Position numbers and translations under genes: made by a program. Below the pieces are notes generated by a model. It saw only the letters and a list, made by a program, of their open reading frames with translations, did no database searches and had not been told where the DNA came from. A stretch of DNA of 62,581 nt, the filler included, from Hausera hauseri (lineage: Eukaryota), in NCBI GenBank assembly GCA_046269625.1. It is 11 parts of 11 records of this genome, joined end to end, with 100 filler letters (N's around TTAATTAATTAA, not from the genome) between each part and the next. Parts side by side here need not be neighbours in the genome. Positions count along the whole stretch, not along the records: positions 1 to 6,388 come from JBJURY010105987.1; positions 6,489 to 12,635 come from JBJURY010133762.1; 9 more parts are not named here. One strand, 5' to 3'. Of this stretch, positions 1-10,815 are shown piece after piece (position 1 is the stretch's first letter; every line of letters begins with the position of its first letter).

Positions 1-1357
1 TCTGAACCGCAGTCATCATACCATGTGCAAAACCAACAACCTGCTTGTCAACAACAGGCGGAACGGCAGACCATATTACGCCTACTAGGAATGAATCAAA
101 TACACCCATAAGGAATGTGTCAACACCAGGATGCAGCATTGTAGCTAGCATCAATACGTGAACAAGGATCAGTCCGGCGTCTGCAGCAATCAGCCAGTAT
201 GCGTGACGTCCAACCTTATCGATAATGGCTCCAATGACTGGACATCCAGCAGCAGCAGTGAACTGAACAATTGATAGCATGCTACTCGCAACCTCATAGC
301 TAAGCCCAAACTTGACCTCGAAAAAGTTCTTTCCTATACCCATAAACGAGTTGATAGAAACATACGACAAGACACAAATCACACATATCAACATCATCTC
401 CCGTGGGAGCATCACGAGATCCTTTAGTTTGAAGTGCACACGCTCAGCTGCAGCAGCAGTCTCTGGTCCAATAATGCCTTTCTTTTCAGCATATACATCC
501 ATTGCAACGACACATACTCCGGCAACCAAGGAGACGGCAGAGACAATGACACCAACAGCAGAAGCCATTTCCACATTAGAGCTTACCGCAATCTGTGGGG
601 ACAACACATAATTCAAGCTAGACCAAATGCACGAAAAAGCAACAATAATTCCAAATGCAAGCGCCATCCCGTACTCACCATGAAACCATCGTGCAATCAA
701 TGTCGTCTGCGCAACACAGAACGATTCACCACCAAGGCCAAATACAAACCGCCCAACCATTAACGCCGGGTAACTCACAAACTGTACTCCAATGTAGAAT
801 ATTAGCGAACCAAGTAATATCAGTGACAAAAACAGCAGTATTGCACGACGTAGACCAAGGTACTTGTCGATCAACAGCCCCCCTATTATGGCAAGTACCA
901 TATTTGGATAAGAGTATATGGAATACAATGCTTGGTTCATCTCTTGAGTGTATGTGTATCCACGAGCGAGGAATCGTGATTGGATGGTGTGTGCTTTACC
1001 AGTGCCAATTGTTCCTGGAAAATCAAAAATATAGGTGTACCCCATAGGCATGAAGCAGGTAAGTGCCAACACGCGCCACTTTAGCCTTACAATCTCCAGT
1101 CTAATCAGCTCCCATATACTCATTCGCATGCCTTCCTCTCCAGGATCAATTACCACAACACCTTCTTCAGCTGACAACACAATACGCACATCTTCTACAG
1201 CCGGATCATGCATCACTGAGTGGAAATCACACACAACTTCCTCACCATCAGGTATCGCATGCTTTAGCGGTAGTGGACCAGAACGACGTAAACTGGATGA
1301 GAGACGTACACCGGAAGAGCGCCGTATATCTTCACCCTCAGACTCCAAATGCGGCAT
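1..1357 (-). CDS. MFSD1: MFSD1-like major facilitator superfamily transporter (3' end beyond window start)
   Basis: Hand translation from ATG at 1357 gives ~452 codons with no stop and no intron. It contains YTQEMNQALYSIYSYPNMVLAIIGGLLIDKYLGLRR, GRFVFGLGGES, ARWF, GAIIDKVGR and multiple TM segments typical of MFSD1. It is absent from the ORF track because it runs off the edge. Confidence 0.85.
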   Translation of the reverse strand, partial: MPHLESEGEDIRRSSGVRLSSSLRRSGPLPLKHAIPDGEEVVCDFHSVMHDPAVEDVRIVLSAEEGVVVIDPGEEGMRMSIWELIRLEIVRLKWRVLALTCFMPMGYTYIFDFPGTIGTGKAHTIQSRFLARGYTYTQEMNQALYSIYSYPNMVLAIIGGLLIDKYLGLRRAILLFLSLILLGSLIFYIGVQFVSYPALMVGRFVFGLGGESFCVAQTTLIARWFHGEYGMALAFGIIVAFSCIWSSLNYVLSPQIAVSSNVEMASAVGVIVSAVSLVAGVCVVAMDVYAEKKGIIGPETAAAAERVHFKLKDLVMLPREMMLICVICVLSYVSINSFMGIGKNFFEVKFGLSYEVASSMLSIVQFTAAAGCPVIGAIIDKVGRHAYWLIAADAGLILVHVLMLATMLHPGVDTFLMGVFDSFLVGVIWSAVPPVVDKQVVGFAHGMMTAVQ

Positions 1358-1405
1358 TGAATATAATTTAAAAACGAGTATTCACCTAAATTAGTAACAA
1401 GCTTT

Positions 1406-1440
1406 CTAAACAAACAAAGCAAAAAAAAAAAAAAAAAGAA
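1406..1440 (-). promoter_or_regulatory. Polypyrimidine tract + AG (candidate trans-splice/3' splice acceptor) upstream of the MFS gene
   Basis: The minus strand reads a long T run then GCTTTGTTTGTTTAG about 50 nt before the ATG. A second T-rich tract lies near 1560-1590. Confidence 0.45.
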
Positions 1441-4400
1441 TTACTAAAACAGAATAACCGTCAAATTCGTCAGCAGCGGTTATCAATGAAAACTATGAGT
1501 CGCAATCCGTGGTTGAACTGTTCAGTACGATGAACTTAGCCGCACATACAGAACTGAATGAAAAAGGAAAAAAAGAAACAACAAAAAAACAACTATATCA
1601 TACAAAGCAGCATGCAACTAATGTTTCACTGGTATCACCATAGTCAATAAATACAATCGACCATAACACTCCAGAAAGCGGTGTGCAGAATAACTACATG
1701 GATGCACACAACCACAACACATTACTGCTGGAGAAGAAAACACCGCATTAACCCACACACACATCAAACGGCTGCTGCACACGTCACTTACAGGCTGCGT
1801 TGTTAATTTCGCAGACGTCAGTGCAGTAGAACAATCAACACAACACGTCCACAAGCCCGAGTGGAGGTGCATGCATTGTAACAACATCATGCTGCAACCA
1901 ACTCAGTCAACACATCCTTCTCTGCTACATGATGATCATAAACATCCACAGCACTGTGGAAAGCACACATGGAGCCGGTGACATGAGTGCTAAACAGTTC
2001 CAGAAGCCTCCTCTACTCGCATCACACGTGTGCATCACTGTGTACTTCCATGTCAATACGTCAACAATCTATGTGCTCGCATTACTATGCTGACAAAAGT
2101 GTTGGGCGAGACACTGAGAAATGAAACAGAGCAAATACCCTTGTGCTTGCACTAGAGTTGAGAATGCTTATGACGAAGCCCTACACAGAATGGAATAGAA
2201 TACTGTACATTGAGTTTGTAGGGAGCAGCCAGAACACTGAACAAGAACTGCTTTACCGCCCAAGCATGGAGCTGTTGCACCAGGCGCTGAAAGCTAGTAA
2301 CTAGCATGGCCTCGAAGAGTGGTGGCCACAGCAGAGAGTCCTGGCTGACCAGAATGACGTGAACGACACACTCAGGATCCAGAGTTTACATACTTCAACC
2401 TGCACTGCCTTACCTGTCCAGAGAATCACAATACAATAGCCTCTGCGGCATCGAGACATATGCTAAGCACTCTCCTGTTCGTCGGATCAAATCCAACTGA
2501 CAAGATGAAACAAACAACCATTAGTCACAGACACAAGAAACAATCGTTTGTGCACAAAGTTGTTAGCATAAAACAAGTAACCAGGTATCATTGGAGATGC
2601 AACACTCGATCGAATTGACAGATTGACACGTGTGATATGGAGCCAAGACAGACATACGTTGACAGACTGTGTGCATGATAATGAATCAAAAGCGCAGCAC
2701 AACCTTCAACCATGAGAATATTCCTTGACAAACGTGGACCGTAAGAATATGGATGAAAGCGACAATAAAGGCGGCACAATCAGTACCAACGTCGTTGAGC
2801 ACTCTTCAGTCAGACAGTTGCAATGGACACAGCGCATCACCAGACCAATATTCATTCTATGGCATTAGACACATACACCTACCACTGGGAAGAATGATTG
2901 CAGTGAACATCCACATGCTCACCAAAATCCGCGGCCAACGTGTCAAACATCGGCTATAACCGTTCTCAAGAGCTGACACACGTTCAACAATAGACCACTC
3001 AGTTCATGAATCAGAAACATCAGCTCTCCGCTCCCTGGCACAATACAAAACAGTTCGGTTATTCCAAATAGACTGACTAGTGAGAATAGAAATTCAACGG
3101 TGACAGCAAGCACATCACCGTAACGCATGTGTTGGAACACGGCGCCTCCGTCAAGGCTAGCTCGCGAAGACTGTCTGAAAGAAACGTTCCAACTCCTTAC
3201 TCTAGTGTATGCCAAATGTTTAACACAGCCCCGACAACCCTACATCGTGGCAGGGTTCACTTCATGTACCTCCAACGACTCAGACGATACGATTACTAGG
3301 TGACGACAAAGGAATGGTGCTGCACGTACTCCATCAACTTGACACAAACAGCCAATACAAAGGTCACGTGCCTCCGTTCTCAAGGGAAACTAACACTGTA
3401 ATGAAGCAGTTGCAACTTGGGCAAACAATCTCGTTCCAGTAAGTGATATCCTCCGGGACCATAGCATCACTCAATACAGAGATGTATATATGTATCTATA
3501 TATACGTATATAAATGACGCAATATACTATGCTCATATGGTGACCAACGCTCACAGGGCATAAATCACTATCAGACCAGTCCCAGCAAAAATCTTGCAGG
3601 CGACGAGATATCAGCGGCGGCATACAAGAAACAATACAATGGAGCGATCAATATACTCTAATTCGGAGCAGCTCCTGGGAGTGTGACTACAAAGACACAT
3701 CGCCTTTTAGGCAGAAAAAAAGGAATAGAACACATACACAGGCTTTTGTAACGCCAGTACAAATCAGCCCATAGCTACAGCAACATGAGCGCTAGAGACA
3801 ACTATCTCCATAACCTAACCAACACAGCATCAGTGAGGTTTGTTGTTTAACCACTTCCAAGGATCGAACATATGTCGCGCACGCATACAGTGTCGTCAAA
3901 ACACAGAAAGATGTTCAGTCGCTTATGGTCAGGTATGTTCTTCAGCAAGCGCTGTCACAACTGGCCAAACATATCATCATCGTCCAGCCTCTCCGTCTCA
4001 TACCACAATTTCAATGCCCGGTGAGATAAAGAAATGTTCAACATGTGATCTATTAGTTACAACTGGCAGACTCCTGCGTTGTTGACTATGCAGTCGACAC
4101 AAACTCATAGTATGTTAGACGACGTTACAGCTTTGACACCAACTAGTGGTCGCCGACACGCACAGCCCACCATGGTACAACTAGCGGAACATGCTGCGAC
4201 CCTTCAATAACAAGCATCAGCAAGAAACAACAGCAATCAACACAGTTGCATGAATATGGAAATCTCCGTGTCAAGCGATGACTGCGTCATGATCATGACT
4301 CCAAAACACAATCACAAAAAAACAAAAAACAAACACATACAAAAGCGATGCGTGATATAAAAGTCGCAACTGGTTGAAGACTCGTTATTATCTTCTGCCA

Positions 4401-6388
4401 TCCAGGAATGCTGAAACGATCCCATCAATATCACCTGAGACTCAAGTGCATTGGTAGTATGCTTGTGCTAAGTACATCGTACACACCCTGGGCAAGGATT
4501 GTCGCGCAATTAATGCACAGAATCGAAATGATAGCTCAACGCTGTGTTGCCAAATCACTCCACAATAGCACACCAGCAATGATAGAGGTAGTAACGAGGA
4601 TTCCACAAACAACACAGATCCAACAAACGCACCGTCACCCGCTATACAGCTGTTGAACAAGCTTACGCTTTCATGCAATGAAAACACATAAAAAGACGTC
4701 CTTGGAAAGCGCTGAGTCTGACGAAAACCTTCCAAAGTAATGTACAAAACCACTCACAAAAGCTCATGACAGCACCTCTCAATACACAGGAGTGTCTCAG
4801 TCTTGGAATACCATGCAGCGCTGTAGAAGAAGTCAGTAGGACATCACGAATCATCTTTGAAACAGCACGCCTTAGAACCGCCTGAAAGTTCTTAGAACTA
4901 CAACGGGACACATATTCATTAAATTCCCATGCGAGCACCAGGATTCACACTGTAGCTGTTTAAAAAACATTGCAAGCAGAGGTTAATGCACTGCATCACA
5001 AACTAAGCAATGTGAGATAAAGACACCCCTGGGGAAAAAGGAATTGGGGGATGGTTATACTCCAGTGAACAAAAGCATTGGAAAAGAGATATTCCTGCAG
5101 CAAACGGAAACAAACGAGTGCTGGCTCAGTCGTTTGTTTGAGCACAAAACGTAGTTGACACATCACAACAAATAATGTGCAGTACACAAAGCATCAATGA
5201 CCTCCGCATGCAATTATCTCCGGATGCATACAAACAATGTGTGCATCAATAAGTTGTGTGCGACAACACACATAGACACACACGAAACCTCGATTGAAGC
5301 ATCAACTAGAGGCTGAGTGACAACATGAGATGAGATACAGCCGTCAAGTCCGTCATTCCAGAGTCTCATGGTACCCAGAAGAAAAAACAGCTGGTGTGTT
5401 GGCATACCCCTTTTGCAGTAAGCAGGGAACACCAGATGCTCGCAACAAATTGTTCAGCGATGCGGCTGAGTGCAATGGTAATGAGCGGTTACGCATGTTG
5501 GAGAAAGGGTCACCTACACTGTGTTCCACTCATGGCACCCATATCGCAAAAACGTAAATGCTCAGGCACTGGAAGAAAAAAAGATGACATTATCCTGTGC
5601 AACATTGACAACGTATTACAGTATCCTGTGCATAGAACAAAACACTCAAGACATTACGTACCGCATGGCACGAACACACAATAATATGTGTCTACAGTGA
5701 AACGCATCAACATCACCACACAGATGCAACAACAGTATAATTCATCAATACCAGAAGACAATCCAAAAACCCCACAAACGCACAGTCAATCGAATCCCAC
5801 ACCACACTCCATAAAAATACCACGACATACAGATACACACCAGCCCCCGACCATCACCATTGACACAGTTGTCTAGCACAGCCATCAGGCAGACAACATC
5901 AGATAGAGTCGTTCGCAGAGACTGATTCTCACACAACGCACCATTCAAAAAGAGTGTAATGGCACATATAGAAAGCACAATGACAGTGAAAATGTAGAAT
6001 ATCAATGTGGCAACTTGCTTCAAACAAATTTCGGAAGAACATATTAAACTCTGTGCAGCAAGAATTGATACAAGCTATCATGCGACAGCGCAACTGTTCA
6101 TAGTTCCTGTCGAAGGTAACGCACATCGCTTACAATGAAGAATAACGTCTGCACCTCCATGGGTCATACACAGAAGGCCGTAACAATGATGATGAGAAAT
6201 CAAAAAATAACGTGCAAAGAGAATAGGATGGCTGAAGTGACAAGACAATACTGTGACAAAACTAAAGAAACGAGCTGACAGGCAATATCATCACTCCATA
6301 AGTCGTCAGAGTGGATTGCTCGTAATGAATAGCAGCGGTCCCAGACTATAGTTAGGAATGGCCGTCATCATCAGTACAGGTAACAAGC

Positions 6389-6488
6389 NNNNNNNNNNNN
6401 NNNNNNNNNNNNNNNNNNNNNNNNNNNNNNNNTTAATTAATTAANNNNNNNNNNNNNNNNNNNNNNNNNNNNNNNNNNNNNNNNNNNN
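6389..6488. other. Artificial contig linker (N-TTAATTAATTAA-N, 100 bp); the same linker occurs at 12636-12735, 16832-16931, 21500-21599, 26135-26234, 35711-35810, 39983-40082, 44531-44630, 50167-50266, 57055-57154
   Basis: Ten identical 100-bp spacers with a six-frame-stop core. The flanking sequences are unrelated, so adjacency across linkers means nothing. Confidence 0.97.
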
Positions 6489-6559
6489 TTTTCTTCCGAG
6501 GCGTATTGCGAGTTCTACGAATTATTATGTAAATACCGCTCAATAATCGCACAAAATGA

Positions 6560-9270
6560 GAAAGACATAAGTAGAGCAAAAGCCCTAAGTTAACAATTCC
6601 ATTAAGAAAAAACCCGGCTCTAACGCCGAAATCGACCTAGAAGAACAGAAAATACCCAAATGGTACCCACTTCCTCATTTATTAAGACCAGAAATAACTA
6701 AAGAGGTAGAACAAATGTTAAAGGCTGATATAATTCGATCGAGCTACCAATCATGGTACTCACCTATACTTATGGTTAAAAAGAAAGGAACGACGAAACA
6801 TCGATTTTGTATAGATTACTGGGCATTAAACACGCTTATGATGAAACACTCGTTCCCATTACCATCGGTAAAAGAAGCATTGGACAGACTATCGGGAGTG
6901 AAATGGTTTACCACTCTTCTCTTACAATCGTGATACTAGCAAGTAGAAATCGAGGAAGAGAATCGATATAAGACAGCGTTTAAAACACACGATAGCGTAT
7001 ACGAATTTAATGCTATGCCTTTTGGCATCACCATAGCACCAGCTATTTTTACCAGAATAATGAATAAGATACTTATGGGACTCGATCATGCATTTGCGTA
7101 CTTAGACGACGTGATTATAGCATTAAAAACAGAGGAGGAACACTTAAAGGACATTGAAGATACGCTCATGCGACTGGAACAAGCAGGGTTGAAATTAAAT
7201 CCAAAGAAATGTAAATGGGCGCAGAACGCAGTATCGTATCTCGGATATATAGTTGGAGAAGGAGGATCAAAACCGGATAAATCCCTGCTAAATAAAATAT
7301 ATGATTGTATGGAACCACAGAATCAAAAAGAGTTAAGACATTGATTAAGCTTATGTGGGTATTATGCCACTTACGTACCAGACAATTAGAAAATTAACGC
7401 CCCACTATATCGCCTACTCAAGAAAGGAACTAAGTGGAGATGGACGGAAGTAAAGCAAAAAGCATTCGGCGAAATGAAAAAAGTTTTGACAAGCGAACCA
7501 GTTCTAATATACCCTGATTTTAAATTACCATTCATCATTAAAACAGATGCAAGTAAAAAAAGTATAGGATATGAACTAGCTCAGAAACGAGAAGATGAAA
7601 ACTTAGAGTACCAAATAGCCTATGGGAAACGCTCATTAAAGTAAGCAAAGAAAAATTATTCGGTTACCGAATTGGAAACGTTAGCCGTAAAGGAAGCATT
7701 ACGACACTTTAACATCTATGTCTATGGACAAAGGATTATAATAGTAACCGACCACAAAGCAGTTACGAAATTGAAGGGACAAGCCAATAACCCAACATGT
7801 AGACTGAATCGTTGGATCGAAGAAATTTCTCGATATAACATTGAATTCCGATATAAATCGGGCAACAAACACGCCGACGCCGACGCACTGTCAAGATTAA
7901 AGACAAAAGCGAGTGCAATCACCATAATAAAAAAGACACAACTCGAACAACTGATTGAACGACAAAGAATTCTAATACGGGATACGATGATTAAAATTAC
8001 AGCTGAGCAAGCTAAAGACAAGGTTATTCAGCAAATCATCGAGTTTGTACAAATCGACAAAATGCCAAAATGGCGACAACTTAAGAAACACTACAGAGAC
8101 ACGGACATAAATATCGCGCATCAAAGCAAGATAATATCTTATATTACGAACGAAAAGGAAGAAAGCTGATAGTTATTCCAAAAAAATTACGAATCGAAGT
8201 ACTCATGACCGAACATGATTCATATTTAGCTGGACACATATCCTGTAAGAAGACGTTAAAAAGAATATTAAATAAATACTATTGGCCAAGCATCTATATC
8301 GATGTAAAGAATTGGGTAGGCGCTTGCGAAGTTTGCGCGACAAAACAAAAGAAAACAAAAAGCTACGTAGCAGAGTTAAAACCTATAAGCGTACCAGATA
8401 GACCCATGCAAACTATGTCTATGGATATAGTAGGACTCTTGCTCACAACTCGCAAAAATACCAGATATATTCTAACGTGCGTGGACTGATTAACGCATTT
8501 CGTCGAACTAGTGGCACTATTGGATCAAAAAGCGGAAACTTTACCCGACGCAATGGTAAGGAAAATCATCTGCAGAGACGGACCATCAGAACAAATCTTA
8601 ACAGATAAAGGAAGGAACTTCACAAGCGAATTATTCGAAAAAATTACTAAGATATTCGAAATCTAACGTTTAACCACTATCGCATACCACCCCCAATGTA
8701 ATGGAATGGTCGAAAGAATGAACGCAACAGTCATTCGTATAGTATCAACAGTAGTAGCCAAAGACCAAAGGGATTGGGACGAATTCCTAGAAGGGACACA
8801 GTTTGAAATCAATATAACCCAGCACCCAGCAACAGGATTTACACAATTCTTTATGATGTATGTACGAGAGGCAATCTTACCCACAGATCCAGGTATGACA
8901 TCGTACGAAAAGAACCTCTAGGATCTAGAGCAAAACTTTGCCAGTCTTACAGACAAGATAAAAAAAGTGTTGGGAGGTTGCAAAAACATTATCAGTCAAA
9001 TACCAGGAGCAATTTAAAAAACGATATGATAAAGAGACTAAGCCCCAGGATCTAGAAAAGGGAAATTGGGTTTATATACATTACCCAGTCGCGTGGAAAG
9101 GTACATCCTTAAAATTAACCTGTACCGGAAGAGGACCATACGAAATCGTCCACATAACGCCAACCACGATCTATGTTAACAAAAATGGTAAAGAGGAAGT
9201 CGTATCAATGCAAAGAGTAGTTAAAACAGATATAAGACCAGCTAAACATTACAATCTAAGACAGCGAGAA
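6560..9270 (+). pseudogene. pol: Gypsy pol (reverse transcriptase, RNase H, integrase) with stops/frameshifts
   Basis: Motifs SWYSPILMVKKK, RFCIDY, MPFG, YLDDVII; TDAS and YSVTELETLAV (RH); HDSYLAGH..CEVC, MDIVG, YHPQCNGMVERMN (IN); terminal HYNLR. Confidence 0.93.
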
Positions 9271-9300
9271 GCCAAGACCTCGTCGATTGTCACCCGACCG

Positions 9301-10717
9301 GTATCTTACGCACAGATAATAGTAGCCTTATCGTTGATTGCTGTTCTAACGCCTAAGTCTAATGCCCAATGGTGGGTCGATGAAACTTCGTTGAGCGATA
9401 TTTATGGAATCAGGAAAATCGGATTAAAACCTTCACTGCTAAAGAAGGGAACCCCCGAACACAAATCAGAACAAAAAGACGAAAAATTTTTACGAGCAAT
9501 AAAATTAAATTACTTTTCTCCAGAAGCCCCATGTTTCGGGTTTAGGATAATAGGACCATATGAGGGGCGAATCAAGATACTATTCCACGACCTATTAAAC
9601 CAAACCGAGTCTAATTGTAAATTTGAACCAGAAGACAATACAATTTGCTGCAACGTAGAGTACGGACACTCTTACGCCCTCGGTTATCGTTCATATTTGT
9701 CAAACTGTAATAATGTACGCGCTTAGATAAACCTGAATTCACGTTTAGTTATACCACGAACTTATGGAGACTACCTTAATATAGAGCTAAAAGACATGCT
9801 CTAGTCCATCGATCCAATAAAACGGATGCTAGAAGAAAATATAGCTAGTATAACGGAAAATCCAAAGGACAGCTGTATCCAAATAAACACAAAAGGACGG
9901 TTAATTAAGGGACAAGTAATCACGATTCAATTCATAAGAGAAAACAAAACAGGTCATAATCAGTAATACTGTCAAATCGACGCCGGAAAGTCGAATAAGT
10001 GTTGTAAGTTACTTCATGGATATGAATATAAAATTCGGTTAGACTTATGTGAAGTTAGATCGAACCAGTCGAGTATCTACCTAGGAGGTTATCAATGGGA
10101 AAATCCGATTTGGAGAATTCCACCAGAAATGACAACAAGCAGAATTACGACTACAATAAGGAATAGGACTATTTCAACCTCCACCGGAATCCTCCGAACA
10201 AGTGGATCACCCAAATGGATCTAGAAATGATTCCTATAAAATATTGGACACAGCAATATGAAATTACATTCATTGTGAAAGAAGAAGTCAACTACGACGT
10301 AGAAATAAGCTGACAAACATTACATAATAACCAAAAAGTGACACTGGCTAAGGGTGGCTATCGAATCAAATGAACCTACTTAAAACCAAAAACAGACTAC
10401 ATAATACTAATAGGTGCAGATAACAAACATAGTAGAACGTTTACGGTACGGAACCTAAACGAGATTATCTTAACAAAGCCACTAACTAACGAAGGAACGG
10501 AAGGCGAAATTACGACTATCCCTAAAACGAAAAACCTAACTAAATAAACAACGTTGTCCTTAATATCAACTATCGGAACATCAACGTTTGCTCTCCTAAC
10601 TTTTATTGCGTTTTGCTGATTGGTTACCAAAACTGCTGTAATATGCGCTATAAAATCACTGAGAGAGAATTAAGGGTGATGGTACCACAGGATGGAATCC
10701 CTGATGGAATAACCTGA
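9301..10717 (+). pseudogene. Type I membrane protein in the env position, in frame with the integrase C-terminus (signal peptide, two Cys-patterned repeats, FN3-like domain, Thr-rich stalk, TM, Cys tail)
   Basis: YAQIIVALSLIAVLTPKSNA|QW signal; two C..C-x9-CC repeats; LKPKTDYIILIGA (FN3 strand F-like); TM LSLISTIGTSTFALLTFIAF; tail YQNCC...GIT*. A homolog lies at 36350-37675. Confidence 0.7.
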
Positions 10718-10814
10718 CAACTACAGATCGGATTATTCCATTATCAAACAAAGAATTGGTTCAGATTTAGAACAATACTTTTTATAGGATTGACCATTAT
10801 TTTCTATTTTTCAG
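10703..10814 (+). promoter_or_regulatory. Conserved hairpin(s), branch-like site and 3' splice acceptor before ORF3
   Basis: Stem 10703-10717/10728-10742 (14 of 15 pairs), GATTGAC, TTTTCTATTTTTCAG immediately before ATG 10816. The same layout occurs at 37661-37771. Confidence 0.6.
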
Positions 10815-10815
10815 A

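Noticed and set aside
312-1394. Plus-strand ORFs in the track
   Set aside because: Antisense shadows of the MFS gene. The many short overlapping ORFs at 45447-48912 are likewise shadows or fragments of pPolB.
1-6388. Blastocrithidia-type all-stop reassignment as a firm call
   Set aside because: The ~452-codon MFS frame uses only TGG for Trp and GAR for Glu, with no in-frame stops.
6389-6488. Recurrent TTAATTAATTAA motif as a biological repeat
   Set aside because: Always centred in identical 100-bp N spacers; it is an artificial six-frame-stop linker.
9301-10717. Errantivirus-type env fusogen
   Set aside because: I see no furin-site/fusion-peptide arrangement; the motifs are FN3-like instead.
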